Shown: in pieces, positions 8,794 through 18,668 of the stretch
Numbering within the stretch: position 1 is the stretch's first letter
Layout of the letters: each line of letters starts with the position of its first letter
Source of the DNA: Aureliella sp.
GTDB lineage: Bacteria; Planctomycetota; Planctomycetia; Pirellulales; Pirellulaceae
Reading direction: 5' to 3'
Assembly: GCA_963691875.1 (NCBI GenBank)
Contig: OY829846.1
Span: 2,176,001 to 2,240,000, forward strand
DNA length: 64,000 nt
Made by a program: the position numbers and the translations under genes
The notes under the pieces: model-generated
Seen by the model: the letters and a program-made list of their open reading frames with translations, nothing else
What the model was told of the DNA's origin: nothing
Database searches by the model: none

Positions 8794-11496
8794 TTATTGC
8801 TCCTTCTCGTATACCCACTTGCCATCAATCATCACCGCCAGCACTTCTGTACTGAGTTCGAGAGGTGATCCGCTAAGAATGACCAAGTCAGCATCGTTGC
8901 CCTCGGCCAAGCTACCGATCTTCTCCAGCCCAAAGAACTCGATGGGCGAAGTCGTCAGCGCCTGCAATGCGTCTCCTCGTCCGAGTCCTTGGAAGACAGC
9001 GTAGGAAATCGCGTTGGGCAATTCTTGAACACCAGTGTTTGCTCGGGATTGAAACCCAAAGGGCACGCCAGCCACTGCAAGCTCTGCGGGATAGTTAACC
9101 AGCTTGCCTTCGCTCGTGCCGACCAAGCCTGGTCCAACAACGACGAACACATCATTGTCGCGAAGCAATTTGCTCTTCTCTGCAGCCACTGAGCTAGCGA
9201 CTACAGCTGTTTTGATTTTAAATTCTTTGCGGACCAGCTTCACAACGACGTCCGCCGCCTTGCTGTCGCTGATTTCGACCATGGCAGCCAGTGTGCCTCC
9301 GAACAGTCCGCGATAAGGTTCCATCGTGGAGCTAGCGCGTGGCTTCTTCGGAGCGGTCGGTTTCTTGGGCTCTTTCAACTCAGGCGTGGCTTTTGCAGCT
9401 TCGCCTTCCTTCGCCTTTTCGTCCTTGGCGGGCTCTTTCTTTCCAGTCCCGACGTCCTTCTTTTCTGGAGTGGCCTCCTTCTTCACCTCAGGCTTGGGCG
9501 CTGGTGTTGGGACAGGCTTCGGAGTTGGTTTATCGCCAGATTCCTTCTTTTCAGGAGTAGGCGTGCCTGCCTTGCTTGCCTCAGTTTTCTTGGCTTCGTC
9601 CGCTTTCTTTTTGGCTTCTTCAGCCTTCTTTTTATCCTCAGCCGCCTTCTTAGCAGCGTCATATTTCTTCTTGGCTTCCTCGTAGACCTTCAACTCTTTC
9701 TGGTACTCAGCGTACTTTGCATCATAAGCCGTCCAAGCATCGGCATATGCCTTGCCACTAGTGAGCGTCTTGCGGAAAGTCTCTTCTGCCGCAGTGAGAT
9801 TTCCGCGTATGGAAAACCGAATCGCGACCGGATCTTTCAGTACTCGAGGCTGATCAGTCAACTTGAATGCCATGACTGGGCCTGGTGCTCGACTTGAACT
9901 CAGCAATGCAGTTGTGACACCGCCTTGTCGCGCGAGAGCAACTTGACTGTCGTCTCGGGCAAGATAGGTCTCGACATTGCTTCCCAGGGTCACGGATGGA
10001 GCTGTGCCTCCGGTACCTACGGAAACGCCACAGTCGAACATACCCGGAACAATCACCGCACCCGAATAATCCTTGATGATCGCATCGGGACGACTCGATA
10101 TTTCTGAGCCGATCCCTGAGATCTTGCCGTCTGCGACACCAACGCTGGCGTTTTCGACGATACCATTCGGTGTGTACACCGAGGCAGCATGGATGGTGTA
10201 GGAAGTAGTAGTCTTCGGAGAATCAGCTTCCCCTCTTTCGTAAACCGATCTGCCACCAGAATAGGTCGCCAAAACACGGCCGTTCAAGTTCGTGCCCGAC
10301 ATCGCTACAAAGTCGGCGAAACAGCCCGGCTGCAAAGAGCCAACTTGTTTCTCGACTCCGAGGATACGAGCCGGATTGGCGGTCAGCATACTAAGGATCT
10401 GTGTCTTGGAGATCCCACTGCGACCGAGAATCGAAGAGGTGAAAAGCAATTGCTGGAGTTCACTGTCGGTCGCCGCGTGCAACGCGATGCGTTCCCCAGC
10501 ACCGGCATCGATTAATTGTTTGACGCGAGTCCAAACCGGGGTTGGCTTCTTGCTGCCTTCACGTGGAACCGCTGGATTGTTGATTCGTCCTGGGCTCAAC
10601 TCTGGATTGACAATGATGCCCCGCATTTGAGGCGACTGGCATACCGAAGGTTTCGCGATGGCGTCAACTTCGACTGGATCAACCAGGATCCAAGAAAGTT
10701 TAAATTGCTTTGACAAAGCCAGCGCAGCATTGGATTCCGCATTGTTGCGTACATCCCACCGAACTGGAGTTCGGTCGCTGAGCAAACTAGCGAGTGCGCT
10801 AAGGCCGAGGTCTTCCGAGTCAGCCGAGACAGCTGCCTCGGCAAACAACGCTTCTAGGCCGACACGAGCTTGCGAAAGACTAGTCGCTAGCTGAGGACGC
10901 GTAGGCTCTAGCGGTCGATCTACCGAGACAGCACCAACTGGCGGCTCGTAGATACTCGCTGGACGAAACTCATTAGCGTTCAAATTGATCAGCAAACTAT
11001 CGGTGTCGATGACGATGTGCTCGCCAGGCTCGGCACCGAGACGAACTACTCCGCCCTGGCCTGCGACCAGCTTACTACCGCTCGGAGAGACTTGTACACA
11101 AGTGATTCCGGCAGCCAACAGCCGTTCGTAATCGTCAAAAGGATCAAACCCATCCACGGCTCTGACTTCGGGACTGATCGAGTATGGATCGCTACCGAAA
11201 GAGCCACCCATGCTGGTTTGAGCAATGACCATGCCGGGCATTAAAGTGACTTCGCCCAGTTCGTGCGTCACTGCCGCTGCTGGAACTTTGACTTTTCCGC
11301 GAACGCCAACTTCGGCGATCTTTCCGTCGGTCACGACCATTACGCCATTATCGATCGCTTCTCCCTGGCCTGACCAAATCGCGGCAGCATAGAAAGCATG
11401 CGTGTCAGCGCTGGCACCGCAGGCGGCGCCAAATATCAGCGAGCAGGCGAGGCACAGCAGGGCGCTTCGCCGGAGTTTCCAATTCAATTCATGCAT
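8794..11496 (-). CDS. Secreted double-domain amidohydrolase-family protein D; both sites degenerate; long K/E/A/P-rich insert
   Basis: Two barrels (MPGMVIAQTS...GSLQPGCFADFV; VPGMFDCGVS...GSLAEGNDADLV); N-terminal signal peptide. Confidence 0.85.
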   Translation of the reverse strand: MHELNWKLRRSALLCLACSLIFGAACGASADTHAFYAAAIWSGQGEAIDNGVMVVTDGKIAEVGVRGKVKVPAAAVTHELGEVTLMPGMVIAQTSMGGSFGSDPYSISPEVRAVDGFDPFDDYERLLAAGITCVQVSPSGSKLVAGQGGVVRLGAEPGEHIVIDTDSLLINLNANEFRPASIYEPPVGAVSVDRPLEPTRPQLATSLSQARVGLEALFAEAAVSADSEDLGLSALASLLSDRTPVRWDVRNNAESNAALALSKQFKLSWILVDPVEVDAIAKPSVCQSPQMRGIIVNPELSPGRINNPAVPREGSKKPTPVWTRVKQLIDAGAGERIALHAATDSELQQLLFTSSILGRSGISKTQILSMLTANPARILGVEKQVGSLQPGCFADFVAMSGTNLNGRVLATYSGGRSVYERGEADSPKTTTSYTIHAASVYTPNGIVENASVGVADGKISGIGSEISSRPDAIIKDYSGAVIVPGMFDCGVSVGTGGTAPSVTLGSNVETYLARDDSQVALARQGGVTTALLSSSRAPGPVMAFKLTDQPRVLKDPVAIRFSIRGNLTAAEETFRKTLTSGKAYADAWTAYDAKYAEYQKELKVYEEAKKKYDAAKKAAEDKKKAEEAKKKADEAKKTEASKAGTPTPEKKESGDKPTPKPVPTPAPKPEVKKEATPEKKDVGTGKKEPAKDEKAKEGEAAKATPELKEPKKPTAPKKPRASSTMEPYRGLFGGTLAAMVEISDSKAADVVVKLVRKEFKIKTAVVASSVAAEKSKLLRDNDVFVVVGPGLVGTSEGKLVNYPAELAVAGVPFGFQSRANTGVQELPNAISYAVFQGLGRGDALQALTTSPIEFFGLEKIGSLAEGNDADLVILSGSPLELSTEVLAVMIDGKWVYEKEQ

Positions 11497-11499
11497 GAC

Positions 11500-12876
11500 C
11501 TACTCCGCCTTGGGTGCCAAGAGACGCTGCAGTTTCTCATCTTCAGTACGGTCGTAGACAACTTCGCCGCCAACGATCGTGTGCTCGACCCAAGTTGTGA
11601 TGTCGAGAGGTTCGCCAGTCAGGATCACCAAATCGGCTTCCTTGCCGACTTCTATTGATCCCACCAACTTGTCGATTCCCAGCAGCTTTGCAGGCTCAAT
11701 TGTCAACGCTGCCAATGCATCTTTTTCACTCGTGCCATGCTTCACGGCGGTGGCGGCTTGATACCAGAAGTAGCTTGAGCCGACGGTGCCGCGAGTGCTC
11801 GCTCCACTGACTTGAAAGATGAAAGGTACCATGGCTTCGCGATAGATCTGTGGAATGATAACCTTCTCATCTTCGCGGGTGCGAGGATTTGTCTCCCAGT
11901 AGACCAATGTTGGATCCAAGATGACGGCTTGACCTTGGTCGGAGAGCAACTTGGCTGCTTTGTGGCATCGCTGTCCGAGCACGAAGATCGGCTTCAGGTT
12001 GTAGTCTTTCACCAACTTCAGAGCAGAGGGCACATCCATTGCTTGTTCACAGTACAGGTAAGCTGGCATCTCGCCTTGCACGACAGCCATCAGTGCCTTC
12101 ATGCCTTCGTCTGCGGCTGTAGGTGCGGTTGGTGTAGCTGACGCGGTGGCAGGCTTTGCGGCCGCCTTCGGATCTGCTTTCTCTCCGTCTTGGCTGTCAT
12201 CTTCCTTATTTGCTTCCGGCTTCTTTTCAGCCCCTTTGTCGTCTTTTTTCGCTACTTCTTTCTTGTCAGCTTCCTTCTCGTTCTCGACTTCCTTGACGGC
12301 CTTGTCAAGTTCCTTACGAAGGCGTGCCAATTGGCTCATGCGACTGCCCGAAACGGGGCGAAGCGAGATCTTCAGAGCGGAGTCCCGACGCACGATCATG
12401 TCATTGACGTATTGGCCAGCCGTCTTGACGATCGCTGCCTTGCCGCCGATCAGTGTACTGTTGCCGGGCACGACGGCCGCAGATGTGATTCCGTTGCGGC
12501 GACACTCTTCGAAGTAGTTCGCGATCGGATCAATCGAGTCAACCACGGACAGGAACGGCACCACCGAGTTCTGCTCGTTGGCTTGGCTCATGCCCGCGGA
12601 ATTGTGCGCGTCAATGAAACCGGGCATGACGACCTTACCTTCGCCATCAATCACCAAAGCTTCGCCGGGCACTTCGACATTTTCTCCGACGGCTTCGATA
12701 ATACCATCGCGAATCAGGATCGTTCCCTTTTCGATGATCTCACCGGAAACCGTGATGATCTTGGCATTCTGAATGGCCAGCGGCCCCGCCGCACTCGCCA
12801 CATTTGCCGCGACAAGACAAAGTGCGATGCAGGACAAACGTGTCAAACATTGAGTCCTGAGAGTTGCGAAACGCAT
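11500..12876 (-). CDS. Secreted amidohydrolase-family protein C; metal site partial
   Basis: MPGFIDAHNS (one His only), LKISL, GSIEVGKEADLV; later His/His/Asp ligands not seen; signal peptide. Confidence 0.85.
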   Translation of the reverse strand: MRFATLRTQCLTRLSCIALCLVAANVASAAGPLAIQNAKIITVSGEIIEKGTILIRDGIIEAVGENVEVPGEALVIDGEGKVVMPGFIDAHNSAGMSQANEQNSVVPFLSVVDSIDPIANYFEECRRNGITSAAVVPGNSTLIGGKAAIVKTAGQYVNDMIVRRDSALKISLRPVSGSRMSQLARLRKELDKAVKEVENEKEADKKEVAKKDDKGAEKKPEANKEDDSQDGEKADPKAAAKPATASATPTAPTAADEGMKALMAVVQGEMPAYLYCEQAMDVPSALKLVKDYNLKPIFVLGQRCHKAAKLLSDQGQAVILDPTLVYWETNPRTREDEKVIIPQIYREAMVPFIFQVSGASTRGTVGSSYFWYQAATAVKHGTSEKDALAALTIEPAKLLGIDKLVGSIEVGKEADLVILTGEPLDITTWVEHTIVGGEVVYDRTEDEKLQRLLAPKAE

Positions 12877-12878
12877 AA

Positions 12879-14084
12879 CTATTTCTCTTCTTTATTTCCG
12901 TAGATGTTTCCGCGAAGCATTGTCCATTCCACTCGAGAAGTTGGCTTGAGCGGATCACCACTAAGTGCGACCAAGTCAGCTTGTTTGCCAACTTCGATCG
13001 ATCCAATTTCCTTATCCAGGTTCAAAATCTTTGCCGGATGCAAAGTAATGCTCATTAGGGCTTGGTCAGCTGGCAGGCCATAGCGAACGGCAAATCTAGC
13101 CTGATCTAGCAGGTTGCTTCCCGCCAAACAGAACGTAATTCCAGCTTCGTGCATTTGCCCCGGTACATTCCACCTGAGTTCGGTGCCTTCCGAACCACGC
13201 AAGCGAGAGCTCGAAGTGGTCAGAGCTGTATACACCAAGCTAGCGTGACTTTCCTTGAAGGTATCGAGCATGCGATAGACTTCGTCACCACCATAAATCG
13301 TTGGCTTGAAGTTGTACTGATCGCCAAGTTCCAGGGCGGAACGAATGTCGTAATCCATTCGGCTGACGGAGAGGACTGACATCTTTCCAGCCACGATCCC
13401 TTCGAGCACATGTTGTGTCTTGGGATCAACGCCGAGGATGCTACCTTTGTTTTTTGCTTGGTGTAAGGCGTTACGTACGATCCAGACAACCCCCATGCGA
13501 TTGGTCGGCTGTCGGACGTAAATGCTGTCCGGTCGTGAACGCGAGCGATTGCCGGAAGCGGGATCGCTACAAATGGCGATTACCACACCCTTCTCACCAT
13601 CAAGAAGCTGCGCTTCCCCCGCCGTTTTGACGACACAAGCGAAACCGGAAAAGACGCTCTCTGTTTCAGGCAAAATCTGAATCGTTGTTACGCCTTCGTC
13701 TAGTGCTTCGGCGAATTGCCGAGAGCTCCAGTCGACCGAGCGAGCCGTGGCGAAGTCAGGTGTAATCTCACGAGAGACTTCCGCAGCACGATTGCCAAGT
13801 CCTGTGCTGCCTGCCGCATTGATAAGGCCTGGGATCAAGGTGTCGACTTCGATCTCTGTCGCGCCGCCTTGCACTTGAACCTCTTTGCCGATCGCGACAA
13901 TCTTGCCACCTGCAATCAACACTTGGCCAGGTGCGATTGTTTCACCGCTCGCCGTATGAATGCTCTTCGCTCGAATCAGGATCTGCGAATCATCAGCAGA
14001 AGCTGACTGTGACTGTCCGATCAGACCTGCGAGGCAAAGAGCCAAGCATGCGAGCCGCGACAAGGTTTGGAAGAGGTGTTTCAT
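12879..14084 (-). CDS. Secreted amidohydrolase-family protein B; metal site degenerate
   Basis: IPGLINAAGS, GVTTIQILP, GSIEVGKQADLVALSGDP; signal peptide MKHLF...ASA-D; start 14084 inferred. Confidence 0.85.
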   Translation of the reverse strand: MKHLFQTLSRLACLALCLAGLIGQSQSASADDSQILIRAKSIHTASGETIAPGQVLIAGGKIVAIGKEVQVQGGATEIEVDTLIPGLINAAGSTGLGNRAAEVSREITPDFATARSVDWSSRQFAEALDEGVTTIQILPETESVFSGFACVVKTAGEAQLLDGEKGVVIAICSDPASGNRSRSRPDSIYVRQPTNRMGVVWIVRNALHQAKNKGSILGVDPKTQHVLEGIVAGKMSVLSVSRMDYDIRSALELGDQYNFKPTIYGGDEVYRMLDTFKESHASLVYTALTTSSSRLRGSEGTELRWNVPGQMHEAGITFCLAGSNLLDQARFAVRYGLPADQALMSITLHPAKILNLDKEIGSIEVGKQADLVALSGDPLKPTSRVEWTMLRGNIYGNKEEK

Positions 14085-14095
14085 ATTGAGTTTTC

Positions 14096-16849
14096 TCACT
14101 GCTGCCCCTCCGATGTAACCAACTTGCCATCGACGATGACTGCCAGCGGTTTGGCGGAGAGGTCGAGTGGCGAAGTAGACCAAACGACCAAGTCTGCGGC
14201 ATTGCCAGCCGCAATTCCTGAAGTGTGTACGTAGCCATCCAGCCCGTGGCAGAGTGCTGCCAGGGCACGCCGGACATTCATTCCGCGTGCGACAGCTTGG
14301 CTCGCAAGCAGACGCAATTGTTCTGCGTTCTCACCTGAGAAGGCGACCGGAATCCCCTTGGCGTCCGCTTCGACGAGTTCGTCCAGGTACCAGTCATAGT
14401 TGGTAGGCCCTAAAGGAGAGGCGATCACTCGCATTCCGAGCTTTTTCAACTCTGGCATAAAGTTCTTCAACTCGCGGCCACCCATCAAGCTGGCTTTTAG
14501 TCCGAACGATTGAACGAGCTCCAACGCACCGCGAATTTCCGCAGGATCATTGGCCACGATCAGTGCGGGCGTCTTACCAGTCTTTATTGCCTTGAGGCCG
14601 GCAAGACGCCGCTTCTCCAAGCGAGCTACCACTGCGTCAGGAAGATAAAGCCTAGTATCAAGTAACTCGCCAGCAAAACTCTGATCAATAAATTGCAACT
14701 GTCCAGCAAGGCTAGACGGAAATCTACTTGTCGAACGGGACGCACCGGACAGAACCAACTTCGCCGCTGCAATTTCTTGAGCAACGGGCTCGTCGGCTCC
14801 CACACGAATCATGCTAGCTGAGCCTGCCATTGGATTGCTATCGCCAGGTGTAAGTACAACGTGCAGCAAGCCTGAGTCGAGCAAGCTCTGCTCGCGTGAA
14901 ATACCAGATGTCATTGCATCAGCAGCGACCACGTAAGACGAATCAGGCTGCGAAGATGGATCAACCTGTGAACTCAGCCCCAAGTTCGCCGCGGCGCTAA
15001 AAAGTCCAGGAGTAATCACAGCTGAGCCAAGGTCGATTGCCCCCTTCGGAGCCTTTTTAGCCTTCTTAATCGAGACGATCTTTCCATCCTTGACTCGCAC
15101 AACAGCTGGAGTCATGTCTCCACTTGAGACAAGACAACGTGAAGAAAAAAGCTGGTAGTTTGAAGGTAAGTTTTCCAGGCCTGAAACATCGCTGGCTATG
15201 TCGCTGCCTTCCTGAACTTCGACATCGCGTGAAACGATCTGTTTCCCGGCAACCCAGACACGGGTAATGGGACTAGAGGAATCGGTGGGGCTTCCGCCGA
15301 AGGCTACTAAGTCGGCCCGCTTGCCTTCCGCAACCGTGCCTAGCTTGTCCGACAAGCCTAACACCCTGGCTGCGTCGCTTGTGACCGCAGCCAAGGCACG
15401 CTCGGGCGAAACTCCATGAGCGATCGCTGATGAAACGTGACTCCGCAGCAGTCGTGATCCGCGGCCACTTGTGGCGCGTGAGGCAATCAGCAAACTGCCT
15501 TCATATTCCTTCAGGAATCGCGACCAGACACGGGCACTGTCAGGATTGGTGGCGTAGCCGGTCGCCGACTTGAGCCATGGGCCCAGTACAACGGGACTGC
15601 CTGCTTTCAATACATCAGCTTCAGCCGTGCCGAGATTCGTGAGCCCAGTCAGCACGATTTGAAGTTTGGCAAAGTCCTTTAGCAACTTCATCGCGTAATA
15701 AGCGTCATCTGCTTTGTGAATCTCAAGCCGCAAAGGCAACTTACCGTCGAGTACGAGTAACAGTTTTTCCTTTGTGGGATCTACATCTGGCTTTGTGGGC
15801 GGTTTCTTTGCAGGAGCTGCTTTTGCAGCGGCAGCCTTGGCAGCATCGGAAGAGCTGCTAGACGAAGCAGAGCCAGACTTTCCGGCGGCCTGTTGGGCTC
15901 GCATTCGAGCAATCATTGCTGCACGCGGATCCACTGATTTGCTACTCGAGCCAGTCGCTGGTTTTGCAGTCGAAGTCGGTTTCTTACCAGCCGCCTTGGC
16001 CTTCTTTTCTTCCTCTTCCTTCTTCTTGATGTAAGCCTTGTACTCATCCCATTTTTTCTTGTAAGCCTTAGCGTCGTCAAAGGCTTTCTTCGTACGAGCA
16101 TATTGCTGAGATCGCAATTGATTGTTCGAAGCACCCGAGCCTAACGAAGCTTGCATCGCAGTGGATGCAGACAGTACTTCAACGCTGCTGTCGTCCCTTG
16201 GCACCACGGACAAGACGATTCCGCTACCACCAAGCGTGCTACGACTACTCGGCTGCACATAAACGCTCGTGACCCCGTGAGAGACCACTTCATTCCAGTC
16301 ATCGGAGAATGCGTCGACACCGTCCAACAACTTGAGTGATCCGTCGGAGGCCGTCGTGCCTGCGGAAGCAGAAGTCATCCAAAGTTTGCTATCACTATCG
16401 ATCCAGCCAGGAGACAACTGCTGACCAGTCGCGTCAACCTTGGTCGCTCCTTTAGGAATCTGCAGATCAGCCCCACCGACTTTGAGGATCTTCCCATCCT
16501 GAACAAGGACGACTCCATTCTTGACAACTCCTTGCGCCGTCATCGTATGAACGGTCGCGCCGAAGATGGCTGATATCGGTTTAGGCTTCGGTTTTGGACG
16601 TGGCGGTCTTTCTTCGGGTTTCTTGTCGGAGACTTTCTTGACGCTAGGCTTTGGTTCACCTTTCGCTTCTTCTAGCTTTTCGGCCGTGGCTATTTCATTA
16701 CCCTCGTCCGCCGGCTTTTTTCGTTGCTCTTGTGCGAGGCTCGTGGACGCAGCCCACCAACCCATCGCGGCCGTCAATGCTACGCTCGCCAGAATCGCGT
16801 TTCGTCGAATTTGCAGGCTGTATGATCGGCATCGACGAAACGCGTGCAT
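14096..16849 (-). CDS. Secreted double-domain amidohydrolase-family protein A; both sites degenerate
   Basis: SPGWIDSDS...GTVAEGKRADLV and TPGLFSAAAN...GNAADLVVWSTSP; signal peptide ending SLA-QE; start 16849-16879. Confidence 0.85.
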   Translation of the reverse strand: MHAFRRCRSYSLQIRRNAILASVALTAAMGWWAASTSLAQEQRKKPADEGNEIATAEKLEEAKGEPKPSVKKVSDKKPEERPPRPKPKPKPISAIFGATVHTMTAQGVVKNGVVLVQDGKILKVGGADLQIPKGATKVDATGQQLSPGWIDSDSKLWMTSASAGTTASDGSLKLLDGVDAFSDDWNEVVSHGVTSVYVQPSSRSTLGGSGIVLSVVPRDDSSVEVLSASTAMQASLGSGASNNQLRSQQYARTKKAFDDAKAYKKKWDEYKAYIKKKEEEEKKAKAAGKKPTSTAKPATGSSSKSVDPRAAMIARMRAQQAAGKSGSASSSSSSDAAKAAAAKAAPAKKPPTKPDVDPTKEKLLLVLDGKLPLRLEIHKADDAYYAMKLLKDFAKLQIVLTGLTNLGTAEADVLKAGSPVVLGPWLKSATGYATNPDSARVWSRFLKEYEGSLLIASRATSGRGSRLLRSHVSSAIAHGVSPERALAAVTSDAARVLGLSDKLGTVAEGKRADLVAFGGSPTDSSSPITRVWVAGKQIVSRDVEVQEGSDIASDVSGLENLPSNYQLFSSRCLVSSGDMTPAVVRVKDGKIVSIKKAKKAPKGAIDLGSAVITPGLFSAAANLGLSSQVDPSSQPDSSYVVAADAMTSGISREQSLLDSGLLHVVLTPGDSNPMAGSASMIRVGADEPVAQEIAAAKLVLSGASRSTSRFPSSLAGQLQFIDQSFAGELLDTRLYLPDAVVARLEKRRLAGLKAIKTGKTPALIVANDPAEIRGALELVQSFGLKASLMGGRELKNFMPELKKLGMRVIASPLGPTNYDWYLDELVEADAKGIPVAFSGENAEQLRLLASQAVARGMNVRRALAALCHGLDGYVHTSGIAAGNAADLVVWSTSPLDLSAKPLAVIVDGKLVTSEGQQ

Positions 16850-17765
16850 TGTGGAACCATCCATTAACAAAGTTGCCAAAACCTGAGAGAGGACCGAAGC
16901 GATGAAAGAATTACATGGTCAGTGCAATTCTTGATGGTCAAAAATGACCGGGCTCTGGACCAAACTCTACGATGCTGAGAGCAGATCGGCGGCTTAAAGA
17001 GTTAAACCGTTTTAAGATTCCGAGATCTCACAAGAGTTTTAACACTAATAGCTACTCGTAGGCTTCGCAAGTCATCACGGTGCTCGATGGCGACAACGAA
17101 CCATTTTCATCTACCTCGCTGGTGAGACAGCTGACGTCCGTACAATGAAACTTGAGAATTCGTTAGTTCAGAGGCGCAATTCCTACCTCTTCTATCCGTC
17201 AGGATCTTAACGACGACGCACACTGGCAGAGGGGATTTTCATCACCGAAGAAATGAAGCATCAAGCATCCTTCCGCCCCAGAATGAAACTCCACTCCGGA
17301 ATTACTCGGGTAGTCACAGCTGCAGGAGGAGAGGGCCAGAGATAGGATGGCTTCGAAACACGTTAATTGGCTTACCAGAATCACTTTTACTCTCGCAGCC
17401 CACGAATAAGATTTCTTCGAAAGTACGAGCACACAGAACCGCGGGATCATCGTTAAACAAGGTCTCGGTGTCATTTTTACATGACGGAAAGATCGCTTCC
17501 ACGCCGCCGAAAGAGCCGGTCGTAGAAACTCGAGCACCGACCCTGTGCTGACTGTTTGCCAGGGCAAGGGCTTTGTTCGCAGCCCAATCCCACTGCTTGC
17601 CTGAGAACCGATCGATTCGCTCGCGCGTGCAAGTGTGTCTGGAGCTTCGGCTGGCATTTGGGTTTCCTATTGCAAACGAGTGCAAAACAAGTCTGGGACA
17701 TGAGGCCAGGCTGTATCCCCGGTGTTATCGCGTGTAAATACCAGGCTTAGTTGCTGCCTTTCTCC

Positions 17766-18470
17766 CTAATCCACTTTTTTTTGAATCAACAGTTTCAGCC
17801 GCGCGTTGCGAAACCAGATTTTTCCTTTGTGATCGGTGAGCATGATCCGGCCTTGGGGGTCGCTCCCAAGGGTAGGCCGCTGCGTATGCTTGCTCTTTGT
17901 GATAGCGGCTTTCCATGCATCAGAGCCAACAGTCGCCCTGGTGATGAGCTTGCCGTTCAGCCAGTGTTCGATCCGACCCTTTTTGACAACAATGCGCGTT
18001 ACATTCCATTTCGTTGCGGGATTCTGATGCTCAGACCACTCGTCCCACTTGGCTTCGTTTGGAGCGAACAGATCATAGAGCGACGCCGTTTGATGCGAGT
18101 CTGGTTTCGTCGGGCTGGAATCAAGAATCTGGTACTCAAGCCCCAGCATGCGACCACCAAAATCTCGAACACGATATTTGATCCCACTGTTCACACCTTT
18201 TGCAATCTTCCAGTCGATCGTCAATTCGAAGTCGCCGTACTCTTGCTTCGTGACCAACGAACCGTTTCGACCACGTGGATTGGACAAGTGCAAAACGCCA
18301 TCTTCAGACAACTCCCAGACTTGCCCGATCGCTTTACCGTCGACTCTTTCCCACAACTTTAGTTCGTCTTTGAACAGGTCTATCGTTGATTCCTGTGCCA
18401 ATGCGAAGGGACAAGTGGAGAGAAAGCAAAAAAGCAACACAATGGTGTTTGCGCGAGTGTCGGTAGTCAT
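17766..18470 (-). CDS. Secreted DUF1080 (3-keto-disaccharide hydrolase-like) protein
   Basis: YGDFELTIDWKI, NSGIKYR, GLEYQILD, WN, EHWLNG, GRIMLTDH, IWFRN. Confidence 0.85.
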   Translation of the reverse strand: MTTDTRANTIVLLFCFLSTCPFALAQESTIDLFKDELKLWERVDGKAIGQVWELSEDGVLHLSNPRGRNGSLVTKQEYGDFELTIDWKIAKGVNSGIKYRVRDFGGRMLGLEYQILDSSPTKPDSHQTASLYDLFAPNEAKWDEWSEHQNPATKWNVTRIVVKKGRIEHWLNGKLITRATVGSDAWKAAITKSKHTQRPTLGSDPQGRIMLTDHKGKIWFRNARLKLLIQKKVD

Positions 18471-18668
18471 GGCAGGTTCTTTGCACCAAATCGAGCTTGC
18501 GAGGAAGATCGCTGATTTTAACGCAGCAAGTAAGTCCAATGTGGCTTCGTTTGCTGCTACTTGCCCTGTGGCGAAACCGCCTAGAACTGCTCTAATCTAA
18601 TTTCGTGTAACTGATAATATCGTGTGGCCTGAAGCGCAAGCTATTGCTTGGGAAGTACTTGATATTCA

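Noticed and set aside
7743..8855. 370-aa plus-strand ORF and other long antisense ORFs (5352-6068, 12190-12903, 18879-19571, 51645-52457)
   Set aside because: They are shadows of well-supported genes on the opposite strand and have no motifs.
17199..17701. Overlapping short ORFs upstream of the amidohydrolase operon
   Set aside because: No assignable family or convincing RNA fold; probably a decayed gene.
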